Shown here piece by piece: positions 30,479 to 39,502 of a DNA stretch of 64,000 nucleotides. The notes under the pieces were generated by a model. That model searched no databases, was not told the DNA's origin, and saw nothing but the letters and a program-made list of their open reading frames with translations. The position numbers and the translations under genes are program-made. The first letter of the stretch is position 1. The number at the start of each line of letters is the position of its first letter. This stretch comes from Candidatus Bathyarchaeota archaeon (GTDB lineage: Archaea > Thermoproteota > Bathyarchaeia > Bathyarchaeales > Bathycorpusculaceae), in NCBI GenBank assembly GCA_963715865.1, contig OY970280.1, positions 448,001-512,000 of the forward strand, written 5' to 3'.

Positions 30479-30501
30479 GGGTTCAATTCCAATCTCCAGC
30501 T
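30479..30501 (+). repeat. Degenerate copy of the tRNA-Cys 3' end (att-like)
   Basis: GGGTTCAATTCCAATCTCCAGCT vs tRNA 28856-28878 GGGTTCAATTCCCATCCCCAGCT (21/23). Confidence 0.8.
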
Positions 30502-30610
30502 CTTAAGATGAATCATGGATTTCTCGAGATAATTGTTTTCTGTTCACTTGCGTCCTTTCTGGATAGTATAGCTGCAAAAATTGGCAGAAGAATTTCTTCG
30601 TTTTCTTCTT

Positions 30611-31318
30611 TCAGTTTAGCTTAAAGTAAATGCGTCTGTTATTTTTGCCCTTGTTCTCAGTTTTAACAAGTTCGACTTTTCCAATCTCTCTCAGGTTTCT
30701 TACGTGAGTACCGCCGTCCGCCTGCCTGTCTACACCGACTATTTCGACGATTCTGAGGACTGGAAGATCTGGCGGGAACGCTTCAGCCATCTTAACGATG
30801 CCAGGGATTTTCATCGCTTCTTCTCGGGGCAACTCATACCACTTAACAGGGACATCGGTGATGAATAACTCGTTCGCCTTCGCAAGGTACGCTTCCAGAA
30901 GTGCTCTGTCAAATTTTTCTATGCTGAAGTCAAAGCGGACATGGTCTTCTTCAAGCTGGTTGCCCGTGATAAGTGCGCCTGTGCCTTTGTTAAGAAGGGC
31001 TGCGAGGACATGGGCGGCAGTATGACTGCGCATAAGTTTGTACCTTCTTTCCCAGTTTAGAACTAAGCGAACCTTGTCGCCTGGTTGAAGACCAACATGG
31101 TCAACTTCATGAGAGATTTCGCCTGAGAACTTGCCAACATAGATGACGTTATAGACCTCGTTGCCTTTGATTATCTTGCCCGTGTCATGTGGTTGACCCC
31201 CGCCTTTGGCATAGAAAATCGTTTGATCCAGAATCACGTACTTTCCATCTTTGACAGAAACTACGGTAGCGTCGGATTCTTTGAGGTAACTGTCGACCAA
31301 GAACAATGCTTTAGTCAT
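30611..31318 (-). CDS. alaX: Alanyl-tRNA editing protein AlaX
   Basis: FYAKGGGQPHDTG, HTAAH, GGTHV motifs. Confidence 0.9.
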   Translation of the reverse strand: MTKALFLVDSYLKESDATVVSVKDGKYVILDQTIFYAKGGGQPHDTGKIIKGNEVYNVIYVGKFSGEISHEVDHVGLQPGDKVRLVLNWERRYKLMRSHTAAHVLAALLNKGTGALITGNQLEEDHVRFDFSIEKFDRALLEAYLAKANELFITDVPVKWYELPREEAMKIPGIVKMAEAFPPDLPVLRIVEIVGVDRQADGGTHVRNLREIGKVELVKTENKGKNNRRIYFKLN

Positions 31319-31498
31319 GGAAGCATCTCTTTGAAGGCTCTGTTGTTCTTTCTCTAAAAAACTCTATATCAGCTTTGCGTAAACAGCGGCGCATTTAAAA
31401 GCAAAAGCCAAAGAAGCACAGAACAAAAAATGCATGCCTGCCTAATCCGTGAATTTCCTAAATTCAAAACATGTTTTCGTTCTCAGCTTTTCAGCATA

Positions 31499-31512
31499 CA
31501 TCCCCAGCTTTT
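31499..31512 (+). repeat. Third, shorter copy of the tRNA-Cys 3' end
   Basis: CATCCCCAGCTTTT is identical to 28868-28881. Confidence 0.6.
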
Positions 31513-31574
31513 GAACGAATCCACAACTTCTGAAGGCGAAGTTCAGGTTGAATCATCCTGTAAGCGAAGTTTTT

Positions 31575-31745
31575 AATTGGAAAGGGGGGGCAGAGGCGGC
31601 TATTTGCTTGGTAGTTTAAGGGTCAAAAAGAGGGTATCCTTTGTCTTGTGCAGTACGTAGTTAAGTTTTCAGCGCATAGCAGGGGTAGGGTAGGCTAGTT
31701 TTTAGCTAGCGAAACTAGGTCAAAAAACTAGGTACTGGTTGGGTA
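31575..31745 (+). repeat. Dispersed intergenic repeat, copy B
   Basis: Aligns with the reverse complement of 5335-5495 and with 32480-32527. Confidence 0.6.
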
Positions 31746-31751
31746 GGTGTT

Positions 31752-32177
31752 CTAAGCCTTTGATTGATTGCTAAAATACTCTTTCATCGGGTTCCAGTAA
31801 AATTCTGTCCAGCCCTCAGCAATCTCGTCCGCTTGCTCTTTGGGCACATTCGAGTGTACCATCAAAATTTCTGTTCCTCCGGGAACTTCTCTGAAAGTCA
31901 ACTCTAGTTTTGAAGGAGGATAACCTTTTAGCCAATCCGTCGTCGTCCATTCTTGAACTACACGTTTGCCCTCTTCAAGCTCCAAGTTTTTGCCAAAAAT
32001 GTACCCGTCCCAAGCTGTGAATTTGCCGCCGACCACTGCTTTGCCTGTGGCTTTGCTGCCCGTGAATTTGCCGTGTTTTTTCGCGTCAACGTAAGCCTCG
32101 TAAACTTCTTTTGGAGAGGCTGGAATAACCACTTTCTGCTTTATGGTTGTAACTTCTGTTTTCATAAAAAACGTCAC
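31752..32177 (-). CDS. SRPBCC/AHA1-domain protein
   Basis: ASPKEVYEAY...GGKF...W.EFYW.PMKEYF pattern. Confidence 0.8.
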   Translation of the reverse strand: MTFFMKTEVTTIKQKVVIPASPKEVYEAYVDAKKHGKFTGSKATGKAVVGGKFTAWDGYIFGKNLELEEGKRVVQEWTTTDWLKGYPPSKLELTFREVPGGTEILMVHSNVPKEQADEIAEGWTEFYWNPMKEYFSNQSKA

Positions 32178-32249
32178 CTATCTCTAGTAGCTGGAAGGGT
32201 TTTTAACTCTGACGCTTAATTAGCAGTTATTGCGAAAGGAGCAAAACGT

Positions 32250-32456
32250 ATGGTCACAAGAGGTCAACGCAGACTAGGCAAAACAATAAGGAAACTAGAA
32301 GGAAGCGTAGAGCTCAGCACCAAAGAAAGCCACGCAAAGGAATCAGAGAAGAAATACAAACAAAAAGCTCAAGCATCCTTGGGTTACACGGATGATTCGC
32401 CAATACAGAACTTACGTGACCCTTCAAAATGGAAAAAAGATAAGGCAGAAGCGTAA
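32250..32456 (+). CDS. Small basic hypothetical protein
   Basis: 68 aa ORF in its own intergenic slot with a GGAG RBS-like site. Confidence 0.55.
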   Translation: MVTRGQRRLGKTIRKLEGSVELSTKESHAKESEKKYKQKAQASLGYTDDSPIQNLRDPSKWKKDKAEA

Positions 32457-32479
32457 GCGAGTTCTCAGCAGTAGAAAAA

Positions 32480-32527
32480 GGGGGTAGGCTATTTGCTTGG
32501 TCGTTTAAGCAGCAAAAAGAGGACCCC
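32480..32527 (+). repeat. Dispersed intergenic repeat, copy C (partial)
   Basis: GGCTATTTGCTTGGTCGTTTAAGCAGCAAAAAGAGG vs GGCTATTTGCTTGGTAGTTTAAGGGTCAAAAAGAGG in copy B. Confidence 0.65.
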
Positions 32528-32621
32528 TAAGGTTGACCAGGGAATGTATTTACGTCTAAATTGCGCCTATACCCTCCAAGTTTTTAAAGCTGGAAACATT
32601 TAGTTTTATTGTGAAAGTTTT

Positions 32622-32981
32622 ATGTCGGCTTCTTTAGATGTGGCAAGCGATTGGAATTTTAGGATTCTTGATAAACGGTTGGTTGTTGTTAAAACTAAAA
32701 ATGATAGCGTGCGCAAGGTTGCTGTTTTAGACGTTTTAAGCAACTTGACATTTGCGGTTGAAGTGCCAGACACGATTTCAATGCAAGAGCTAAATGCTGA
32801 GAAAGAATATTTGGCTAACTTGAAAGTTTACACATCAAAAAACCTAAAAGACGTAGATAAGGACTTCATCAATTTCTTCGAAGCCTTGGACGTGGACCAA
32901 AGCATCGAAGACTTCATCAAAGCATATTGGATTTACCCAAGCAAAATACGCTTTGAACTAGTGGACGTAGAAGAGTCATAG
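32622..32981 (+). CDS. Hypothetical protein
   Basis: 119 aa ORF convergent with ftsY; the stops are adjacent. Confidence 0.7.
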   Translation: MSASLDVASDWNFRILDKRLVVVKTKNDSVRKVAVLDVLSNLTFAVEVPDTISMQELNAEKEYLANLKVYTSKNLKDVDKDFINFFEALDVDQSIEDFIKAYWIYPSKIRFELVDVEES

Positions 32982-32982
32982 T

Positions 32983-33888
32983 TTATCTTAGTATCATGTT
33001 GACGAATTTTTCAGGGTTGAACAGTTCCAAATCCTTGTAAGTTTGCCCAACGCCAATGAACAAAATCGGCTTCTGAGTCACGTACGTTACGCTTAACGAG
33101 GAACCACCCTTCACGTCAGCATCCACCTTCGTCAAAATCGTAGCATCAATGCCAACAGCCTTATTGAATTCTTCCGCTTGCATAACCGCATCATTGCCAA
33201 TCAACGAATCAACGGTTAAAACAGTCAAGTCAGGACCAACAACACGCTTCACTTTAACAAGCTCATTCATCAAGTTCTGATTCGTCTGCATTCTACCAGC
33301 AGTATCAATCAAAACAACATTAATTCCATGCGCCTTAGCATGACTCACAGCGTCAAAAGCTACCGCTGCAGGGTCACCACCATAATTGCTCTTAATGACA
33401 CGAATGCCTAAACGCTTTCCATGCTCATCTAACTGCTCAATCGAGCCCGCACGGTAAGTGTCAGCGCCAGCAAGCACCACTGAATAGCCTTTATCCCCGA
33501 AAAACTGCGCAACCTTAGCGATTGTAGTGGTTTTTCCTGTGCCGTTAATGCCGACAAACATTAAAACAAATGGCTCCTTCTTCTTGCGTTTCTCATCTGC
33601 CAACTTGAGCAAATCAATTCTTTTGTTAGTAACCATAACTTCCAAGAGAACTTGTCGGAGGTTTTCCTCAACGATTTTTTTTCTGTCTTCCAAGCGCTTA
33701 ACCTGAACGCCAACTAAGCGCTTTTCAAGTTCATCACAGATTTTGTCTGCTACGGGAAAAGCCACATCGTTTTCTGCAAGGCTCATTTTGAAATCTGATA
33801 AAATAGGGTTTAAATTTTCTGCTTTAAGCTCTGTTATTGTAACTTTGTTTACTAAGCCTTTAAAACCTGACTTGAGCTTCTCAAACAT
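32983..33888 (-). CDS. ftsY: SRP receptor FtsY
   Basis: GINGTGKTTT, DTYRAG, DTAGR, TKVD motifs; likely start ATG 33888. Confidence 0.95.
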   Translation of the reverse strand: MFEKLKSGFKGLVNKVTITELKAENLNPILSDFKMSLAENDVAFPVADKICDELEKRLVGVQVKRLEDRKKIVEENLRQVLLEVMVTNKRIDLLKLADEKRKKKEPFVLMFVGINGTGKTTTIAKVAQFFGDKGYSVVLAGADTYRAGSIEQLDEHGKRLGIRVIKSNYGGDPAAVAFDAVSHAKAHGINVVLIDTAGRMQTNQNLMNELVKVKRVVGPDLTVLTVDSLIGNDAVMQAEEFNKAVGIDATILTKVDADVKGGSSLSVTYVTQKPILFIGVGQTYKDLELFNPEKFVNMILR

Positions 33889-33892
33889 TGCT

Positions 33893-34333
33893 TCAAGGTT
33901 TCCCTTCTCTTGCTGTGGCAAGCAGGGTTTCAAGTCTGTTTCTGCCCGTGTTTATTCTTTCAGCCACTTGGGTAAACTGTTGCTGAGCTGAGTTCATGGT
34001 TTTTTCCAGTTCATCCAACCGTTCTTTAAGGATGGTTTTTGCTTCCTGCAAGGTCTTTTCAACAGATACTCCTGCACCCATTCCAACAATTACCTTGTTT
34101 GAGTCGGCAAGTTTAACTTTCACGTAAGCACTACCGCCAATTGGAACTAAAAGTTCACCGTTTTCTTTTTCCTTTTCAATTCCATCCAACGTCATGTTAG
34201 CATAAGCTAAGTCTGTAATAGCAGCGTTCACCATGCCGATGCGTTGTTGCAAGGTTTCCGCAGTTTGCTCTAGATAACGCATTTCCAAGCTAAGTCTACG
34301 AAGTTCTTCCTCTGTTTTACCTCTTTCTGCCAA
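33893..34333 (-). CDS. pfdA: Prefoldin alpha subunit
   Basis: LLVPIGGSAYVK...VIVGMGAGVSVEK; conserved synteny. Confidence 0.92.
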   Translation of the reverse strand: MAERGKTEEELRRLSLEMRYLEQTAETLQQRIGMVNAAITDLAYANMTLDGIEKEKENGELLVPIGGSAYVKVKLADSNKVIVGMGAGVSVEKTLQEAKTILKERLDELEKTMNSAQQQFTQVAERINTGRNRLETLLATAREGKP

Positions 34334-34337
34334 GTGC

Positions 34338-34565
34338 TTATTCTCCAGCCACAATTTTCTTTAAAAGGGGATTCTCAATTTCTTCCGCAGAAATTTCTTC
34401 AACATTGGCTATTCTAATGTGGCATCTTTTCACGCGGTGTTTGCTGCCTATTTCAGCGTAAACCTTCTCCACTGCATGCTCACTCTTGTAAGCTAACACT
34501 TCCTTTACAAAGGGAGTAGTCAATTTTGGCTTATCGATTTCGCCAGTTACTTTGAAAGCCTTCAT
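34338..34565 (-). CDS. rpl18a: 50S ribosomal protein L18Ae (LX)
   Basis: MKAFKVTG...EKVYAEIGSKHRVKR; synteny. Confidence 0.9.
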   Translation of the reverse strand: MKAFKVTGEIDKPKLTTPFVKEVLAYKSEHAVEKVYAEIGSKHRVKRCHIRIANVEEISAEEIENPLLKKIVAGE

Positions 34566-35245
34566 TTTTCATCTTCCCGCACAACATCCAGCGCATTCCC
34601 AATAATAAACATCTCGGGTCCAGTTGTCATAGAGCCAGCCACAGCAGCATGCGAATTAGCTAGTAAGCCAGTTCCAACATATGGGATTCCACAGTTAACT
34701 GTGCCCACATCGACTGGAACTTTGAAAACGTTTTCTAATGTTTTCTTCTCTTCGTCCTTTAGTAATGGGTGAGCTAGTAAGCCTTTGTTTGTTGCAGTGG
34801 CTAATGAGCCGACATAGGGTAACCCTGCGATTTCTGTTGGCAGTGCCTCTACGCCTAGGGTTTCGGAGATTTGTTTTATTTCAGACGCTTTAAAGCGTGG
34901 ATCAACCACTGCTCCCTTGTCGCTGGCTAAGACTAGGTTACCATAAGCTGTCTTTTTTGTTTCCATAATGGTAATGTTGCCTTCAAAGGCTGATTTGATT
35001 TGTGTTAATTCTTCCTCTCGGACGGAGTTTGGAAGCAGCATCCCGTTTGAATTTGCGCATGCTAATGCACCTGCAAGGACTGAGCCGCTGATTGAGGTGT
35101 AGATAAGTTTAACTTTTAGCCAATCGGCGAACTCTTGAGCTTTTTCCTTGGGAACCATTCTTGGAATAACCACTATGCTCTCATTGGCTAACGAGTATAC
35201 GCCTATGCTTGCGCTTCCAACTATACTGGATAAGTAAACGGTCAA
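34562..35245 (-). CDS. eif6: Translation initiation factor aIF-6
   Basis: ANSNG, YVGS, GTVNCG pentein repeats. Confidence 0.93.
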   Translation of the reverse strand: MTVYLSSIVGSASIGVYSLANESIVVIPRMVPKEKAQEFADWLKVKLIYTSISGSVLAGALACANSNGMLLPNSVREEELTQIKSAFEGNITIMETKKTAYGNLVLASDKGAVVDPRFKASEIKQISETLGVEALPTEIAGLPYVGSLATATNKGLLAHPLLKDEEKKTLENVFKVPVDVGTVNCGIPYVGTGLLANSHAAVAGSMTTGPEMFIIGNALDVVREDEK

Positions 35246-35465
35246 GAATTAATTTCTCCTGATGATGAACATTAATGGCGAAGTTTCACGCATACTCCTT
35301 TTTTTAGATTGCGGTGCTCTTTTAACAATTAAAAATTACTTTCCTGCTTGGCCTATTGGTATTTTTACTATGAATGTGGTGCCTTTTCCAACTTGACTAT
35401 CAAAAGTAGGTATAGTCTCTCTTACGAGCAATAGAATGAAAGAAAATAAAAAATTAAAGAAATAA

Positions 35466-35957
35466 TTATTGAGCTTCAGCTAAGTAAACGGTTACGTTGC
35501 CGTCTTTGTCTTTAGCTGCGCGTACCCGAATCTTGCGAGGAGGCTTTTCAATTCCCCTGCTCCAGATTTTCTCGTTAACTTCCTTGCTTATCAAAAGTTG
35601 AGGCAGTTCTTCCTCTTCCTCTTCTTCGGACACTTTAACTTCAAGTTTCATGTGTTTTGTTATGAAAGCTTTAATCATTTGGATTGCACGTGGAGCACGC
35701 TTCTTTGGGGGCCTAACCAGCGCTTTCTGCAGAGGAATCGTGTAGGTTCGTTCTTCAACAATCTCTTCTTCCTCTTTCTTTTTCTTGCGTGGTTTGGCTT
35801 TCTCCTCTTCTTCTGCTGGCTGCTCTTCAGCTGGAGCTTCCTCTTTTGCCGCTTCTTCTACAGGTTCTTCTTTCTCGATTTTTTCGTCTTCGTTAAGTTC
35901 TGGTAATTCTTTTGCTTCTTCAGTTTTCTGCTGTTCTTCTTTGTCTTCTTTAACCAT
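35466..35957 (-). CDS. rpl31e: 50S ribosomal protein L31e with long acidic N-terminal extension
   Basis: ERTYTIPL...KRAPRAI...WSRGIEKPPRKIRV motifs. Confidence 0.93.
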   Translation of the reverse strand: MVKEDKEEQQKTEEAKELPELNEDEKIEKEEPVEEAAKEEAPAEEQPAEEEEKAKPRKKKKEEEEIVEERTYTIPLQKALVRPPKKRAPRAIQMIKAFITKHMKLEVKVSEEEEEEELPQLLISKEVNEKIWSRGIEKPPRKIRVRAAKDKDGNVTVYLAEAQ

Positions 35958-35973
35958 GTAACTTCTACTTCTC

Positions 35974-36132
35974 CTATGCCTTTATTTTCCTGGTTCTCCA
36001 GTTTCGTCTTTGCTTAGGGTTATTTCTAACTTTACCATCAGTTCGGGCAATTACCCAAGTTGGAACAGACTCTGCCTCTTTGCCAGCTTTAGCTAGCCTA
36101 CGTTTTTTTGCTGTAGGTTTAACTCGTGCCAT
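35974..36132 (-). CDS. rpl39e: 50S ribosomal protein L39e
   Basis: Not in the ORF track; hand translation MARVKPTAKKRRLAK...VPTWVIART...RRNWR (52 aa). Confidence 0.93.
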   Translation of the reverse strand: MARVKPTAKKRRLAKAGKEAESVPTWVIARTDGKVRNNPKQRRNWRTRKIKA

Positions 36133-36136
36133 GTTT

Positions 36137-36466
36137 TCATATCCTTCTTATTGTTGGTTCCCGCTTCCGTGATTGAAGCTGAATCAATATTTGCTTGAGC
36201 TGAGTATCTGACAATGGAATAGGCAACTTGCCAATTTGCGCCATCTCAATCAACTGCAGTTCTATTTGCTCTATGAATTCAGGCTTAACCATCTTCAGGT
36301 TATTTAGCCTTTGCCGAGCTTCAGGCGTCAATATTTTGCTTAGCAACGCCTGTTTTTGAGCGTCCAATTGCGATTCTGCTTGAGCTTGTCTTTGCTCGTC
36401 ACTTACTCTTTGCTGCATTGACAATAGTTTTCTTTTGCGGATCTGCTCAAGCTCTTCATCCGACAT
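36137..36466 (-). CDS. PDCD5-like DNA-binding protein
   Basis: LTPEARQRLNNLKMVKPE; synteny with rps19e. Confidence 0.9.
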   Translation of the reverse strand: MSDEELEQIRKRKLLSMQQRVSDEQRQAQAESQLDAQKQALLSKILTPEARQRLNNLKMVKPEFIEQIELQLIEMAQIGKLPIPLSDTQLKQILIQLQSRKREPTIRRI

Positions 36467-36471
36467 TGTTG

Positions 36472-36936
36472 CTATTCGCCTTGATACTTCTTGAGCTCTG
36501 GGATAGTTTTAACTATTTCCTTATGCAAGTCTCCAGCAACTTCCTGAAGAAGCTTGCGACCTTTAGGAGTCATTCTTCTGCCCTGAGGTCTTGTGGTTTG
36601 AACTAAACCAGCAGTCTCAAGTTGCTGCAGAATCTTGCGGATGCCACTTCCACCTGCTTTAACTACATGTGAACGTTTAACACCATTATTTTTTCTTCCG
36701 CCGTAATCAGCACGCAGTTTCTCCAATCCGATTGGACCATGAACGTAAACTTTGCGAAGTATGGATGCACTTCGAGTATACCACCAATTCGGATTCTGCG
36801 GCTGCTTTTCTACATGATTGCCTGTTTTAACAAAACTTGCCCAGGGAAGAGGCTGAACTTCATCAACATTTTCCCTAAGATACTTAGCTAACTTATCAAT
36901 GAATTTTGAAGCTGGAACGTCATAAGGAGTCGTCAA
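36472..36936 (-). CDS. rps19e: 30S ribosomal protein S19e
   Basis: PWASFVKTG...WWYTRSASILRKVY...LQQLE motifs. Confidence 0.95.
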   Translation of the reverse strand: MTTPYDVPASKFIDKLAKYLRENVDEVQPLPWASFVKTGNHVEKQPQNPNWWYTRSASILRKVYVHGPIGLEKLRADYGGRKNNGVKRSHVVKAGGSGIRKILQQLETAGLVQTTRPQGRRMTPKGRKLLQEVAGDLHKEIVKTIPELKKYQGE

Positions 36937-37029
36937 GATGCTCTATCCTTTGTTTTTCCTTGCAGTAAAACAATGAAGCCTAATATAAATATTCTCTGAA
37001 CAACTAGTAAACTCTAGGTGCTCTTTTTT

Positions 37030-37064
37030 AATTAGCTTATATAAAAAGCAAGATATAGCTAATT
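37030..37064. promoter_or_regulatory. Inverted repeat enclosing a TATA-like box upstream of vapB
   Basis: AATTAGCT-TATATAAAAAGCAAGATAT-AGCTAATT. Confidence 0.45.
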
Positions 37065-37125
37065 ACGTTTTTCTTGAATAGTAATGCTTATAGGTATATA
37101 CGTAATGTATATCTTTTTGATTCAT

Positions 37126-37353
37126 ATGGGGCAGATTGATGTTATTACGGTTAAGGTTCCGAGTGAATTAAAGAAGAAAATGAAGCAGATCAACATCAAC
37201 TGGAGCGAGTATATCAGGGAAAGCATCAAAAAAAAGATAGATGCGCAGAGATTAAAAGCCGCTTCTGTTAAGCTTGATGAAGTTCGGATGCGAGCTAAAC
37301 CTGTACCTACCGATGAGCTGATATCCTGGATTAGAGAGGACAGGGAGAGATAA
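37126..37353 (+). CDS. vapB: VapB-type RHH antitoxin
   Basis: VITVKVPSELKKKM...INWSEYIRESI; directly upstream of a PIN gene. Confidence 0.8.
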   Translation: MGQIDVITVKVPSELKKKMKQININWSEYIRESIKKKIDAQRLKAASVKLDEVRMRAKPVPTDELISWIREDRER

Positions 37354-37370
37354 ACACGGCTCGCTACGTT

Positions 37371-37787
37371 GTGGATGCTAGCATAGTCGCAAAATGGGTC
37401 CTGCCAGGTGAACCGCATCAAGAAAACGCAGTTAAATTAATGGAAGACCATGTCTCAGGAACTGCTGAATTATGTGCACCTTCTTTCATATCACAGGAGA
37501 TCGCTAATGCTCTTTGGAGAGCTGTAAAACTAAGAAGAATTTCCGATGAAGATGCCCAGATATCCTTGAAAGCCTTAAACGATATGCAAATAGAACTCTA
37601 TGAGTTAGATTGGGACCAGCTATCTCAAACACTAAAGATAGCATGCAAATTAAACTTGACAATTTATGATGCATCATACCTTTTTCTAACTCAAAAAGTC
37701 AAAAGCCGACTTATCACAGCCGACAACAAACTATACGAAATGGCAAAAGGGCACTTCGAAGTATTACATATCAAAGACTACTTGTGA
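37371..37787 (+). CDS. vapC: VapC PIN-domain toxin
   Basis: VDAS, EIANAL, YDASY, TAD motifs. Confidence 0.88.
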   Translation: MDASIVAKWVLPGEPHQENAVKLMEDHVSGTAELCAPSFISQEIANALWRAVKLRRISDEDAQISLKALNDMQIELYELDWDQLSQTLKIACKLNLTIYDASYLFLTQKVKSRLITADNKLYEMAKGHFEVLHIKDYL

Positions 37788-37933
37788 TTCACTAACATAA
37801 GCTAATAGCCCTTGTTTTAAGACGCTAACTGCGTAGGCGCATTAGGTTTCATCTAGTTCTATCCCTACAGACTTCAAACATATTTTGAAAATTAAAGTGC
37901 AAAAATGGTTGCTAAAGCCGAAGGCAGGCGATT

Positions 37934-38233
37934 TTATTTTGGGGGCTCTACTGCTTTACGCTTTCTAAAAAGAATAAACACGTGACCTCTAACCTCAACC
38001 AAAGCAGCTCCAGTTTGCTCAGCAGCCTTAGCTGCTATCGCCTGAGCTGTGTTATCCCCCTGCAACGCGGCAGGCAAAATCTTTACCTTAACCATTTTGT
38101 TCTTCTGAAGTTGCTTCTCAATCTCACCTATCAACTGAGGAGTCAAGCCATCCTTGCCGACCCAAATGGTAGGATTCTCATCTTTCAACACGTGCCTAAC
38201 ATGACGCTTCATTCGAGTAGTTATTTTGCTCAA
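37934..38233 (-). CDS. YhbY/CRM-domain RNA-binding protein
   Basis: PTIWVGKDG...VKVK...EVRGHVFILFR motifs. Confidence 0.88.
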   Translation of the reverse strand: MSKITTRMKRHVRHVLKDENPTIWVGKDGLTPQLIGEIEKQLQKNKMVKVKILPAALQGDNTAQAIAAKAAEQTGAALVEVRGHVFILFRKRKAVEPPK

Positions 38234-38555
38234 GTTCCATTTGCTCCTTTTTCTTCCTTAACGATATACGAGTCTGGTTGCCGCAGTTTAAACACGTTAT
38301 TACAACATGAGGCTCCCTTTTCTGCTTTATCCTAATGCGACAATTATAACCCTGCACAAGCAGCGCATTACAGTTTTTGCAAGTTTCACGCTTGAACTCA
38401 ACTGGCAAACGAATTTTTGCAGCCATAGCAATTCTCCTAGCGGACTTAATGTACTGCATGGCTAATTGGGGATTAGTCTTGCGAACCTGCTTTGCCTGCT
38501 CAAACAATATTTGAATCCGCTGTTTTGCTATTTGCTTAACACTGGTCGGTTTCAT
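38196..38555 (-). CDS. rnp4: RNase P protein component 4 (Rpp21)
   Basis: IAKQRIQILF...CKNC...ITCLNCG motifs. Confidence 0.9.
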   Translation of the reverse strand: MKPTSVKQIAKQRIQILFEQAKQVRKTNPQLAMQYIKSARRIAMAAKIRLPVEFKRETCKNCNALLVQGYNCRIRIKQKREPHVVITCLNCGNQTRISLRKKKEQMELEQNNYSNEASC

Positions 38556-38611
38556 CTATTTCCCAAACAACCCAAAAAATACTAGACTCACACATAACAC
38601 TTGCGTATAAG

Positions 38612-39502
38612 TTAACGTCTTTTCTTTGAAAGCTCAAATTTCAACCTTTTCAACGCTTCATCAATCTCAAGCGGCTTATTCCGCAATACTTGCTGAGCCT
38701 TTGAAGTATCAAGCGAAGAATCCATAGGCCGTTTTGCAGGCCACTTAAACTGTGAAGATAAAGCAGGGTCAATCAGGCTCTTATCCAAGGCAAAAGCCTC
38801 AGCGATTAATTCAGCAAACTGGTACCTGCTGACGCGTGTGGCGCCACAAAGATGAAACGTTCCTGTTAACCTGCGCTCAACAGCTTCCAAGGTCATCTCA
38901 GCCAAATTTGTGTTCAACGTAGGCGTGTTCCACTGGTCAGTCACAATCTTAACACGTTCACCCTTACCAAGCGCATCAATTAGCCAGAGAGCAAAATTGA
39001 CTTTTCCAGCGGCAGGAGTTGAACCGTAAATAACGCTTGGCCTTGCAATAAAGTATTCTGCTTGAGTTTTTATCAATTCTTCAGCTTTAAGTTTGGTTAC
39101 ACCGTAATAATTAATCGGGTCAGGCTTATCCGACTCCTTGTATTTACCCTTTTCACCGTTGAAAACGTAATCTGTTGAAATATAAATCAGGAATGAGCCC
39201 GTATGTTTGGCTGCTTCCGCGATGTTTTTTGTGCCTTCAACATTTATTTTCCAAGCAAGCTCCTTATTCAACTCACACTTATCCACATCAGTCAAAGTAG
39301 CAGCATGAACTACAACGTCAGGCTTAACTCGCTTAAACGCCTCATTAACCAACTCCTTATTTGAAACGTCAAATTTAACGAAGTTACCACAAACCGGCAA
39401 CTCCTGAACATCACATGAATAAACCTCAAAATTTCTTGCAACGGCAATTTCCGCTAGTTTTGAACCATAAAGACCACTGGCGCCAGTGATCAAAAGTTTC
39501 AA
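38612..39502 (-). CDS. rmlD: dTDP-4-dehydrorhamnose reductase
   Basis: ITGASGLYG, ISTDYVF, YGVTK, KRP motifs. Confidence 0.9.
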   Translation of the reverse strand: MKLLITGASGLYGSKLAEIAVARNFEVYSCDVQELPVCGNFVKFDVSNKELVNEAFKRVKPDVVVHAATLTDVDKCELNKELAWKINVEGTKNIAEAAKHTGSFLIYISTDYVFNGEKGKYKESDKPDPINYYGVTKLKAEELIKTQAEYFIARPSVIYGSTPAAGKVNFALWLIDALGKGERVKIVTDQWNTPTLNTNLAEMTLEAVERRLTGTFHLCGATRVSRYQFAELIAEAFALDKSLIDPALSSQFKWPAKRPMDSSLDTSKAQQVLRNKPLEIDEALKRLKFELSKKRR

